A stretch of 32,000 nucleotides of DNA from Alteromonas lipotrueae (GCF_019249215.1 NZ_JAESDI010000001.1:282728-314727), one strand, 5' to 3'. Positions 7,919 through 17,056 are shown, counted from the stretch's first letter. The notes: a model not told the origin generated them from the sequence alone. Numbers and translations: made by a program.

Positions 7919-9019
7919 TTAAGACAAACTCTCTTTAATGATGGCTTTAACTAAATCTGGCGTGACTGCCGTTGTAAAATTACCCGCCCGGGAAGGATCG
8001 AGTTCGCGGTCAACAGCTTTAAGCATTTGCGGTAATTCTGCAAACTTCTTCATTTCGTCGTTGAGGCGTAATGCATCCAAGAGATTAATTATCCTATCGA
8101 CCATGTCTTGGGATAACTTTAATCTGTTTGCCCCTACAACCTTTAACATTGCCGCCAAAGTAAAACTACAGGCTAAACCGTGGGGTACCTTAAATTCAAT
8201 GGTCAAAGGATATGAGATTGCGTGGGCAAGTGCAGTTTTAGTTTCTGAAATCGCAAGACCTGATAAAAATGCCGCGAATTGCAGAGCCGCTCGGCCTTCA
8301 ATGTTCTTAGGTTTTTTAAGCACGGGCCGCAAATGCTCACAAATTAGTGCTATGGCTTGCACTGCATAGCGCTCAGAAGTGTTCGACCGCCTTACATTCC
8401 ATAATGATTCGATAGCATGGGACAAAGCATCTAATGCTGTCACCATGGTTTCATAAGGCGGTAATCCTACCGTTAAATTCGGATCTAAAACAACCTTATC
8501 GCTTTCAGCATGGTCAATAGAATATTTCTTTTTATCACCCGTATCCCATACTGTAGCAAATGGGGTGATTTCAGCCCCTGTTCCCGAGGTGGTGGGGATG
8601 GCGATTAACGCCACAGAATTTGACACTGCTTTTCGTGCAGCCATAAGTTGGTGTAGGCCGCCGCTTTGTGTTTGCAACATAACCCGAAGTACTTTAGAGG
8701 TGTCTAACACGCTACCACCGCCTAGCGCGATAATATGAGTGACTTTACTTGTTTTAAATCGCGCATAAAGTCCATCGATATAGGTTAACTCTGGATTAGG
8801 GGTTACATCATCAATCACGCGAAAACGTTCACATTTCAGTTTGGCTTTGAATGCATCCACAACACCACGCTTAACAAACCCCTGACTTGTAACAAGTAGA
8901 ACCTCATGGTTGGCTTCTATCAGTTTACTCACACTAGATAAGTAATCATCTGATTGAATTAACCGCTCGTTTAAGGCTTTAGTTAGCATGGGCGGCATGA
9001 AACTCATATCATTCGCCAT
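7919..9019 (-). CDS. Group III iron-containing alcohol dehydrogenase; predicted phosphonoacetaldehyde reductase
   Basis: Fe-ADH motifs GGGSVLDTSK, DALSHAIESLW and ALAHAISYPLT...PHG. Overlaps the 3' end of the phosphonopyruvate decarboxylase gene by 11 bp (start could instead be an internal Met a few codons in). The phosphonate-specific role is inferred from context. Confidence 0.65.
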   Translation of the reverse strand: MANDMSFMPPMLTKALNERLIQSDDYLSSVSKLIEANHEVLLVTSQGFVKRGVVDAFKAKLKCERFRVIDDVTPNPELTYIDGLYARFKTSKVTHIIALGGGSVLDTSKVLRVMLQTQSGGLHQLMAARKAVSNSVALIAIPTTSGTGAEITPFATVWDTGDKKKYSIDHAESDKVVLDPNLTVGLPPYETMVTALDALSHAIESLWNVRRSNTSERYAVQAIALICEHLRPVLKKPKNIEGRAALQFAAFLSGLAISETKTALAHAISYPLTIEFKVPHGLACSFTLAAMLKVVGANRLKLSQDMVDRIINLLDALRLNDEMKKFAELPQMLKAVDRELDPSRAGNFTTAVTPDLVKAIIKESLS

Positions 9020-10151
9020 GACTGTGCTGCATAAATGCTAATTTATTCTCGATGGGGGTAGACGTAGGACGTCCCAAATCACTTCTTGCACCTTGTTTAA
9101 TTTTAACTTCAAACAAAATTGGACCTTTACATTGAGGCATTGCAGCAATAATCTTTGACCACGCTTCAGTAAGTGAGTCACTATCATCACAACAATAATA
9201 CGCGTCGTATTTGCATCCTAATGCAATGCTTTCTATGTCAATACCTCCAGCTACAGTAGGCTGCCCACCCACCGAGTCATGGCATTGATTATTGAGTACC
9301 ACATGGATCAAGTTGTCAAGGTTACTTGCTCCAGCAATAGCTAGTGCCCCCATGTGCATTAGCATCGAACCGTCACCATCAAGCGCTATCACTTGACGGT
9401 TTGGTTTTACACGGGCTACTCCCATCGCAATGGATAAGGTATGTCCCATTCCACCAACGGTAAGGAAATCTGTATTATCTTGGTTATTTGTTTGTCTAAT
9501 TTCAAACAATTCCCTTGATGTTTTCCCAGTGGTTGAGATGATTAACTCTGCACCAGACATGTTTCCCAGCAAAAGAGACAGGGCTTCCTCTCTGCTCATC
9601 TCACATCGGTTTTCAACTGACTTACTGCTAGCCGAGTCCGTAGCTGAAAAGGTGTCTTTTCTAACCAAAATGGCTACAGGACATGTATTGGTTTTCATGG
9701 TTTCTAGTAATGGTGGCAAAGCATCTTCTAGAATCGAACCCGAATCTATCGTGATATAAGGGATTCCTAGCACATCCAACTGCTGCTGCGTTATTTGACC
9801 TTGTTTTACATGCTGTGGTTCGTCTTTAACATTAGGCTCACCTCGCCATCCAATCACCATCAACATTGGAATCCCGTAAACCTCTGGATCAGCAAGTGAC
9901 GTGAGTGGATTTATCGTGTTTCCCAATCCAGAGTTCTGCATATATACGACAGCGGGTTGCCCTGCCCCTAAGTAATGACCTGTCGCCATTCCAATAGCAT
10001 TGCCCTCATTAGCGGTAATCACATGCGCGTTAGATTCAAACGTAGAATCGATATAAGCACACAAATTTTTCAGTAGCGAGTCTGGTACACCGTAATAGTT
10101 GCTCAAGCCATGTTGGGCGAGTAAGTGACAAAACAATTCAGGGGATACCAT
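9009..10151 (-). CDS. ppd: Phosphonopyruvate decarboxylase (thiamine-diphosphate dependent)
   Basis: N-terminus GVPDSLLK, mid-region IPMLMVIGWRGEP, and the TPP-binding GDGSMLMHMG...VVLNN motif. ~380 aa, typical Ppd size. Sits immediately downstream (4-bp gap) of PEP mutase. Confidence 0.85.
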   Translation of the reverse strand: MVSPELFCHLLAQHGLSNYYGVPDSLLKNLCAYIDSTFESNAHVITANEGNAIGMATGHYLGAGQPAVVYMQNSGLGNTINPLTSLADPEVYGIPMLMVIGWRGEPNVKDEPQHVKQGQITQQQLDVLGIPYITIDSGSILEDALPPLLETMKTNTCPVAILVRKDTFSATDSASSKSVENRCEMSREEALSLLLGNMSGAELIISTTGKTSRELFEIRQTNNQDNTDFLTVGGMGHTLSIAMGVARVKPNRQVIALDGDGSMLMHMGALAIAGASNLDNLIHVVLNNQCHDSVGGQPTVAGGIDIESIALGCKYDAYYCCDDSDSLTEAWSKIIAAMPQCKGPILFEVKIKQGARSDLGRPTSTPIENKLAFMQHSHGE

Positions 10152-10155
10152 AGTG

Positions 10156-11457
10156 CTACTTACCGCCCGGTATCAATTCTAGAATTTGTTTAATAGGCAT
10201 CATTTGGGCATCAACTTCTGAACTTCGCCCATGGCGTAAAATAGACTCTGCAGTGTTGCACATTGCTGGGTATGCGCTTCGCAGTAATTGATTAGCATAA
10301 ATAACTACATTCACACCCCGCGCTTGAAGCTCATGTTCAAAGACGGTGTTATAACTAGAAGGCACCACTACCAACGTCTTTTTGTTTTCGAATTTTGCAT
10401 AACGGTCACAAAATTCAAATATTTCATCTGGTGATTTTTCTCGGCTATGGATCATAATGCCATCAGCCCCAGCCTCTAAAAATGCTTTAGCTCGCTCGAG
10501 AGCATCATCTATACCTTTGCCTAATATTAAGCTTTCAATACGGGCAATAATCATAAAGTCATTGGTAGCTTGAGCACTTTTACCCGCTGATATTTTTTGG
10601 CTAAAAGCTTCAATTGTATCTTGAGTTTGCGCTACATCAGTGCCGAATAAAGAGTTCTTTTTAAGTCCGGTTTTATCTTCAATAATAACCGCAGACACAC
10701 CCAGCCTTTCTAAGGTCTTCACCGTGAAAGTGAAATGCTCTGTTTTTCCGCCCGTATCGGCGTCATAAATAATCGGTTTTGTAGTAACTTCTAGCACTTC
10801 ATTTAAGGTGCTCATACGAGAAGATACATCTACGGCTTCAATATCGGGTTTTCCCTTTGCTGTTGAATCTGTAAGGCTACTTCCCCACATCCCATCAAAC
10901 TCTTTAACCCCAGTATCCGTTTCTATCTTTGTATTCTCGATTATCAACCCTGACAAGGCGTTGTGAATATCCAAAAAGCGAACCAGAGGCTTAGCAGCCA
11001 TTAATCGTTTTAAGGATTTCAATCGAATGGCAGGCGTGGTCCCCACTTCTTTCATCGCTTGGTGTAATTGTGAAGAAGAAATACCTTGGGTATAAGGCAC
11101 TTCTATGAGCTTCCCTCCCCATTGGGCCAAGCAATCGATAACCCGCTGTCGAGTTTTCTGCTGAACACCCGTTTTCCAATCATCACCATGCACGACATAA
11201 TCAGGTTTCAATGTCTCTAGATTAGGAACATAGTCTAATGTAGTTTGAGGTATTACAGCATCCACACCTTTTATATTTTCAATTACAACTTTCCGTTGCT
11301 CAAACTCCATAAAAGGCACTCGCTTATAACTCGCGATTGCAGCGTCGGTTAAAAGCCCGACGGTGACGTCGCCTAATTTGGCGGCGCTCTTGAGAACATT
11401 AAGATGGCCAGGATGAACCAAATCGGCACTCATTCCTACATAAACACTCTTTGTCAT
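10156..11457 (-). CDS. pepM: Bifunctional cytidylyltransferase / phosphoenolpyruvate phosphomutase fusion
   Basis: N-terminal ~130 aa carry the HxGH cytidylyltransferase motif ([13 protein letters not shown]). The C-terminal domain has PEP mutase landmarks [28 protein letters not shown] and ANQLLRSA. The PepM-diagnostic EDKX5NS motif ([10 protein letters not shown]) was verified at nt 10651-10680. Confidence 0.9.
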   Translation of the reverse strand: MTKSVYVGMSADLVHPGHLNVLKSAAKLGDVTVGLLTDAAIASYKRVPFMEFEQRKVVIENIKGVDAVIPQTTLDYVPNLETLKPDYVVHGDDWKTGVQQKTRQRVIDCLAQWGGKLIEVPYTQGISSSQLHQAMKEVGTTPAIRLKSLKRLMAAKPLVRFLDIHNALSGLIIENTKIETDTGVKEFDGMWGSSLTDSTAKGKPDIEAVDVSSRMSTLNEVLEVTTKPIIYDADTGGKTEHFTFTVKTLERLGVSAVIIEDKTGLKKNSLFGTDVAQTQDTIEAFSQKISAGKSAQATNDFMIIARIESLILGKGIDDALERAKAFLEAGADGIMIHSREKSPDEIFEFCDRYAKFENKKTLVVVPSSYNTVFEHELQARGVNVVIYANQLLRSAYPAMCNTAESILRHGRSSEVDAQMMPIKQILELIPGGK

Positions 11458-11505
11458 AATAATTTTTCCATACCTCTATCGCAAAGTCTTCTGGTGACGA
11501 GTTAA

Positions 11506-11531
11506 TATCGGCACAAAAAATAAAACTTTAA
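11506..11531 (-). promoter_or_regulatory. Sigma-28 (FliA)-type promoter candidate upstream of the pepM fusion gene
   Basis: Minus strand reads TAAAGTTT-N10-GCCGATAT. The enterobacterial consensus is TAAAGTTT-N11-GCCGATAA: the -35 half is identical, the -10 matches 7 of 8, and the spacer is one nt short. Lies in the 117-bp maf/pepM gap, about 50 nt upstream of the ATG. Confidence 0.45.
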
Positions 11532-11574
11532 ATTTAAGTGTATTGGCAAAGTGGACTGTATTGAGTTAACGACA

Positions 11575-14500
11575 CTAAGCATTAATATCAGATATCATGT
11601 TTTTCACACGGGTTTCATTTGCGTCTTCTAAAAGTAATGAATCTATCTGTATATTTCCTCTGCACACCTTACCTCTATTTCCAATATTATCGCATGCTAA
11701 GCTAGAAGCTAGAACGCCTTTACGAGGGATAGCAATATACCTTGCATATTCTATATATTCTTCAACCCATGAGAGAGATTCAAGTAATGGTGCTAAGTAG
11801 CGTTGCTTTTGAATTGCACTGCTGTTCGTGAACTCATATTTAGGCAAGAACATGAACACATCTTCTTGATTACAGAGAAAACCTGGCACAAAATGTTGCT
11901 TAGCAGTGTGCACAAAAGGTCTATCTCCAGCTTCAAATGAAGGAATATCTAGCGCATTCGGCGAATACCAAATATAAATGCTAACCTTACTCTTAAGTTC
12001 GAATAATCGTGTAACAACACTTTCTTCAACAAGACTGAAGGTTCCAACGAGGCTGTTTATTTCGCTACCAATATTGCTCAATAAACTATCCAGAGCAGTT
12101 ACCTTGCGCCTAAAATGTATATGATAAGCATCACATTCACTACTTTTTGGGGTCTTAGCTAACGATAGTGCCGAGTCAATTGTTTCCACTAATTTCTTAT
12201 CTGTCTCTTCAATATCTAGGCTGAAAGTTTTATCTCCAGATGTTATCCACGCTTTTATAAACACAGATTCTCTTAAAAATACGCAAGAGCTGGTAGTATC
12301 GAATGCCGAAGCATCGCCGATGTAGCTAATTGATACTTTCTCTAATGTATCTAGCCATTGCAAACGCGCTTCATCAAGCGCCGTCAAACTATCCGTTGTG
12401 GAGGATAATTTGCTGAAGACTGCATTGGCATAGTTGATAGTTCCATACAGCAAATAAAATAAGAGTGATTTCTTCATTTGATACGACTCGAATATCATCT
12501 CCTTTTGAACCTTAATAAACTCATCTGCTTCGTCATTTGATGAGAAGGGTACTTTTACTTTTTCCATGAAGATAGAAAGCTCGTCTTTCAGTGCATCAAC
12601 ATCGAATCTCGCATTAAATAGAGAGGGATATTCATCAGGTTTTTCAATTGGTTGAAACGCATTATTTTTTATAACATCTAGTGCAGCATCTCTTTGACTA
12701 GATGATGCAGAAATTAATACCATATCTAAAGGTAAAGGCGTTGCACCGGCTATTTTTGCACCATCGCTGCAGTTGAAACATGTAAGCCCATTTTGCGCTA
12801 AGGACTGCTCGATGATCGTTTTGGAAAGTTTAAACTCGTACTTCGTGAACACAGTGGCTCTGAAATTACCAGGCACAACAATTGATGTATTATTGCTGGC
12901 CTCATAGTCATAAACCTCTTTACCGTTGACATAGTAGGAAGATTCTTTCGAGTGGTGTTTAGTCTTGTCATAAAAGCCTAAATCTACGCCAAATAAGTAA
13001 ATCTGATCCATCCCAATTTTTGAAAACAGATTGATAGCTAAATTTGATACCGTCGGGAATGCGAAACGTAACTCTTCATAGTTAGCCCGTCCTAAAACTT
13101 CTAAGGCTGAAACGGTGGACGACTCGCCATCTTTAAATGCTATATAAACATCGTTGAAAAGGTCACAAGTGTCAGGGTGAATACCATTAACTGAGATTAA
13201 GTTTATTTGTTTGAGATAATTAAAATCATCGACTCGACTACACCAATCAAAGGTAGAGCGATTTTGCTCAATTTCAGCATGAAAATCTGGCGTAATATCG
13301 TGTTTATACAATGCTGAAAGCGCAGTTCCGCAAGAGACAACAATTGCATTCTCTCGGTACTCCAAAATGGTTTCTATCGCCGAATCTAAAGACGGGCCAT
13401 TCCCTACGATAAAAACAGGAACTTCTTTGTTTTCAAAAGATAAATATTGCGCAGGCTTATTACGCAGAAGTGGAAAGCCTCTTTTTAATGCCTCAGTAGT
13501 GTGAGAGATACCATACCTTGCATGGTCAAAATATTCCCCCATAGAAATAACGACCTGAAGTTGTTCCCTCAATTGAGCAATTGCCGACACTAATGCTGAA
13601 TTGTAATAGCTCTGATAGAAATAGGTATTCGCAAGTATATAGGGGCCAATAGAATAAAACTGATTTAGCAAATCTTTAAATAAATTAGTGCCATCGTCAC
13701 CGATGTTAATGTACAAACGCCCTTCTTTTTCATCAATACCAGATAAAATTTCATCCCACTTTATGGCAAATAAAGATGCGTAAAAAAAATCTTTATTAGG
13801 TTCGCATACAAATAACTTTTCTACGTCGTGATTATTGAACAAACGCTCTATTTGGTAACCCACTCCAACGCCAAAAAGAATCATGGACTTCAGCGTATCT
13901 GGCAATTGTCCTTCATCTTGCTCTACTTGTTTTAAGAGCGATTCTGTTTTATTGACAAATTGATAGTGGATATATTTCTTAAGCTTTTTCCCTTTATAGC
14001 CAAGTATTAGTCCGTCTTTATTCGGCTGATCACTAAAACTGTCAAAATTTAGCGCGCATTCCTGTTTGGGTGATTCTCCATACCAAGAAACAAGGGAGTC
14101 CTTCTTCACTAAATTGATTTCACCATTGCTGTCTTCTACAGGCAACCATGTTTGCGGTTCGTAATGACTAAAACTGTTAAAAATATCGGGAAAATATTTT
14201 TTGAAGGCAGCGAGGTTACTTTTCAGTCTACCTTGTGCTTCTGCACTAGGATCCTGGTAATTTTCTAATTGTATTGATTGCGTCCAAGGTGGCACGTATT
14301 CTGTTGGACTTCTTAGTTTATATGAAGTAATACCAGTACTCTTAAGCCGAGCCCAACCGCCCTGAATACATGTTTTTTCTATGGTATCGAAAATAGGAGA
14401 ATTGTAATGTTTGTATAAATAAAATCCCCCTATGTCGAAATGCTGTCTAAGCTCTTCAATATCGCTAACAATATTTCGGCCATCTTTTTCGAGTTGAAAA

Positions 14501-15108
14501 AATAACCGCGTACCTTTGTCGTTAGCTTCTGCCAAAACGTCGTTCCATTTTGAGCAAAATACCGAGCATTTGAAATATTGTGCTTCAGGCTCGTAAATAA
14601 CTAAGTTGGTTATAGAGTGTTTTTTTATTAACTCAACAATATGGAAGCCTAATCCAACCCCTAACACTACAAGAGTATCTATGGTCTCGGGTAAGGCACT
14701 TCGTTGTATATAATGTTGATATGAAAAAGTATTCGCTAAAGATCCCTCTAAACTTTCATTAGTTTCGACCTCTGCCGGATTAGTTTCATCGCATTGCTTA
14801 AGGTCGACAAAAATCGAGTGGGTACTATTTACCAAATATTGTTTACTGATTTCCGCTTCAGGATCTAGCCCATAAAGCGTTCGCCCGATGCCATAGTCGA
14901 CTAAGTTAAACTGCCCGTTTTTGTTGCAGATAATAGAAATATTGTCATTGTTTATTTTTTGTATATTAGCTATTAGTGACGGTATAAATTGTCTAAAAGC
15001 AAACAGGTTTTTCTTATACTGTCGATCGATTAGCTCGGCGGTATACTTTTCGATTTGCGCTTGTTTCTCTTCATCTTTAAAAATATGCAATCGAACATTT
15101 TTAAGCAT
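11575..15108 (-). CDS. maf: Motility accessory factor (Maf, DUF115/MAF_flag10) flagellin nonulosonate transferase, oversized 1177 aa
   Basis: Core Maf motif VFIVGNGPSLD (GNGPS verified at nt 13390-13404), followed by VVSCGTA ... HAEIEQN ... IYLFGVDLGF. Located between pseH and the phosphonate genes. The N-terminal domain is present twice (see repeat feature). Confidence 0.8.
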   Translation of the reverse strand: MLKNVRLHIFKDEEKQAQIEKYTAELIDRQYKKNLFAFRQFIPSLIANIQKINNDNISIICNKNGQFNLVDYGIGRTLYGLDPEAEISKQYLVNSTHSIFVDLKQCDETNPAEVETNESLEGSLANTFSYQHYIQRSALPETIDTLVVLGVGLGFHIVELIKKHSITNLVIYEPEAQYFKCSVFCSKWNDVLAEANDKGTRLFFQLEKDGRNIVSDIEELRQHFDIGGFYLYKHYNSPIFDTIEKTCIQGGWARLKSTGITSYKLRSPTEYVPPWTQSIQLENYQDPSAEAQGRLKSNLAAFKKYFPDIFNSFSHYEPQTWLPVEDSNGEINLVKKDSLVSWYGESPKQECALNFDSFSDQPNKDGLILGYKGKKLKKYIHYQFVNKTESLLKQVEQDEGQLPDTLKSMILFGVGVGYQIERLFNNHDVEKLFVCEPNKDFFYASLFAIKWDEILSGIDEKEGRLYINIGDDGTNLFKDLLNQFYSIGPYILANTYFYQSYYNSALVSAIAQLREQLQVVISMGEYFDHARYGISHTTEALKRGFPLLRNKPAQYLSFENKEVPVFIVGNGPSLDSAIETILEYRENAIVVSCGTALSALYKHDITPDFHAEIEQNRSTFDWCSRVDDFNYLKQINLISVNGIHPDTCDLFNDVYIAFKDGESSTVSALEVLGRANYEELRFAFPTVSNLAINLFSKIGMDQIYLFGVDLGFYDKTKHHSKESSYYVNGKEVYDYEASNNTSIVVPGNFRATVFTKYEFKLSKTIIEQSLAQNGLTCFNCSDGAKIAGATPLPLDMVLISASSSQRDAALDVIKNNAFQPIEKPDEYPSLFNARFDVDALKDELSIFMEKVKVPFSSNDEADEFIKVQKEMIFESYQMKKSLLFYLLYGTINYANAVFSKLSSTTDSLTALDEARLQWLDTLEKVSISYIGDASAFDTTSSCVFLRESVFIKAWITSGDKTFSLDIEETDKKLVETIDSALSLAKTPKSSECDAYHIHFRRKVTALDSLLSNIGSEINSLVGTFSLVEESVVTRLFELKSKVSIYIWYSPNALDIPSFEAGDRPFVHTAKQHFVPGFLCNQEDVFMFLPKYEFTNSSAIQKQRYLAPLLESLSWVEEYIEYARYIAIPRKGVLASSLACDNIGNRGKVCRGNIQIDSLLLEDANETRVKNMISDINA
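13579..15018 (-). repeat. Internal tandem duplication of the Maf N-terminal domain (copy 1 about aa 31-245, copy 2 about aa 295-510)
   Basis: Collinear matches at a constant offset of about 263 aa: KKNLFAFRQFIPSL / LKSNLAAFKKYFPDI; LVVLGVGLGFHIVEL / MILFGVGVGYQIERL; VIYEPEAQYFKCSVFCSKWNDVL / FVCEPNKDFFYASLFAIKWDEIL; GTRLFFQLEKDG / GRLYINIGDDG. Confidence 0.75.
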
Positions 15109-15146
15109 TTTTGGCGATTATCCTTTGTAGAATTTTGAGGTATGGC

Positions 15147-15680
15147 CTACTCAAAGTCAGCCAAAAATGAAGAAAAGCGTTTCTTTTGCAACCAGTCTTC
15201 TTTGTGAAGTTCAAATAGATGTAAATCATACCACTCGTCGTTTTTATAAATATGTGATTGATATACACCTACATCTCGATAAGCATGTAACCTGTGTAAC
15301 TTCATTACTTTTTCGTTATTGCTCAAAACTTCAGCTGTAATTTTGTTAATATTTTCACTCGCAAAAACATAGTTGTAGAAATAAGGAGGGATTAATCCGC
15401 CTAACTGTTTTAAATTTGGATCTCCAATATAAAACCCCCAACTACATCTTTTGTGTTCTACGCTAATTTCAGATTGATTAAGCACACCAATAGACTGATG
15501 GTTGTACTCAATAATCCAATACCCACTTTTACGATCAGACTGAATGGCTTGGAACCATTTCTTTTGCTGTTCAAGATCATAGCTCACGTCACTTAGCATA
15601 AACTTATTCACATCATCGCTTGTTCGCCATTTTAAAATAATAGCTAAATCATCGGGAGTTATATGGCGAAACTTAAACAC
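15147..15680 (-). CDS. pseH: GNAT N-acetyltransferase, PseH-like
   Basis: 177 aa. N-terminus FRHITPDDLAIILKWRTSDDVNKFM follows the PseH pattern (L-x-W-R-x-x-x-x-V). GNAT-like core. Apparent GTG start with AAGG 8 nt upstream. Completes the pse gene set in this island. Confidence 0.6.
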   Translation of the reverse strand: MFKFRHITPDDLAIILKWRTSDDVNKFMLSDVSYDLEQQKKWFQAIQSDRKSGYWIIEYNHQSIGVLNQSEISVEHKRCSWGFYIGDPNLKQLGGLIPPYFYNYVFASENINKITAEVLSNNEKVMKLHRLHAYRDVGVYQSHIYKNDEWYDLHLFELHKEDWLQKKRFSSFLADFE

Positions 15681-15691
15681 TAAAGTACCTT

Positions 15692-17056
15692 TTATAGAGA
15701 ACGTTGTTTTTTAAACCTTGGGCTAAATTGCACATTATCATCGAAGATAAACTTAGCGGGTACTTGGAAGTTTTCTAGGTGCGCTTTACAAAAGCGTTTA
15801 ATCGCCGCCTTGAGCTCTTTTTTATTTTCATGCAGTGATCCTTCGGTGCTATCAACCAGCCTAATTTTGCTATATACCACATTACCCAACAGAGCATTTG
15901 GTTCGCCATACACTTCAGCTTCAGCGATATAGTCAAGTTGTTGTAATACACTTTCTACTTCCGCAGGGTATACCTTTTGACCACCAACATTGATTATTTC
16001 TGAGTCTCGCCCTAGCACCTTGATATATTCACCATTCACCTCGACCTTATCGCCGGTATGAAACCACCCATCAGGGGTATAAGGGCTAGGCGCATTCAAA
16101 TAACCTAACATACCCGAATATGCCTTCACCTCTAAAATATTATCGGTGGTTATTCTCGTCTGGAAACCTTCCCCTCCTACTTTCATCCAAAGTGAAGATG
16201 ACGACTTAGATTTAGAGCGTAAGATGCCAATCTCGGATAGGCCGTAGGTTTGGAGCAATTTGATGTCAGGAAATAACTGATTAAACCTAAGTAAAACTGA
16301 TTCAGGCATGGGTTCGGTGCCGTATGTAACAGTACTTAATGAGCTAAGATCGTAACGCTTGTAGGCTTCACTAATGAGGATTAAGTTGATAAAGGTTGGT
16401 GATGTAGGTAGGAGTTCGGCTCTAAACTTGTCAACGGCTTCAAGAACGGTGTCAGGTTTACGATCTGTTACGGTAATAACGCATCCGGCGTTAGACAAGG
16501 TATACAATAAAGTATTAACCCCACCTATATGGTCATACAACAAAAAAGTGATTGCACGTAATGCATGCCGGCCGACTTTAAACTTTTCGAGTAACTTTGC
16601 CATGTCATGAACAGCAGCTTTACTTTTGCCTGTCGACCCAGATGAAAATAACACAAGACCCGGTATTTTTTGCCCGCGTAAGTCAGCTATGAGTTCATGA
16701 GAAGCCTTCGTTGATAACGTATCGATTTCATACTCATCGTTATCTTTAATTGTCACCACAACTTCGACCTGTGCAGTTTCAATAAACTCATCCCTCTTAT
16801 GCGCTACAGAGGTAGTGGTTGGAACTAATATAGTGGCTCTTTCAATAAGTGCCAGCAGTAACGCCACCGAGCTTGGAGAATAGTCAGCGTCTACCATCAC
16901 CACAGTCCCTTCGGTAACGCCATAGTTGGCTAAAACATCTTGCCAAAACTGCGTTTTTTCTAGGAGCCATCCGTATGAATATGCCTGATCTCGCCAAACA
17001 ATAGCATCGCTATTCTTATTCTTTTCAAATATTTCCAGAAAAAAATCAATAAACAT
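15692..17056 (-). CDS. Adenylate-forming enzyme (acyl-CoA/acyl-ACP ligase family)
   Basis: AMP-binding core motifs LFSSGSTGKSKAA, YGLSE, GWFHTGDKVEV and GRDSEIINVGGQKVYPAEVE. The start codon overlaps the SDR stop (ATGA-type, 1 nt). Confidence 0.8.
   Translation of the reverse strand: MFIDFFLEIFEKNKNSDAIVWRDQAYSYGWLLEKTQFWQDVLANYGVTEGTVVMVDADYSPSSVALLLALIERATILVPTTTSVAHKRDEFIETAQVEVVVTIKDNDEYEIDTLSTKASHELIADLRGQKIPGLVLFSSGSTGKSKAAVHDMAKLLEKFKVGRHALRAITFLLYDHIGGVNTLLYTLSNAGCVITVTDRKPDTVLEAVDKFRAELLPTSPTFINLILISEAYKRYDLSSLSTVTYGTEPMPESVLLRFNQLFPDIKLLQTYGLSEIGILRSKSKSSSSLWMKVGGEGFQTRITTDNILEVKAYSGMLGYLNAPSPYTPDGWFHTGDKVEVNGEYIKVLGRDSEIINVGGQKVYPAEVESVLQQLDYIAEAEVYGEPNALLGNVVYSKIRLVDSTEGSLHENKKELKAAIKRFCKAHLENFQVPAKFIFDDNVQFSPRFKKQRSL

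Noticed and set aside
7919-11457. Alternative reading of the C-P genes as phosphonate catabolism (PhnW/PhnX/PalA-type).
   Set aside because: The EDKX5NS PepM motif plus a TPP-dependent decarboxylase immediately downstream is the biosynthetic pair. No phosphonatase, C-P lyase or phosphonate transporter genes are present.
11575-15108. Possibility that the 1177-aa Maf is an artefactual fusion of two adjacent maf genes (frameshift or assembly error).
   Set aside because: Only the N-terminal domain is duplicated. There is a single DUF115 core and a single continuous frame with no remnant stop or start between the copies. A fusion of two complete maf genes would show two GNGPS cores.
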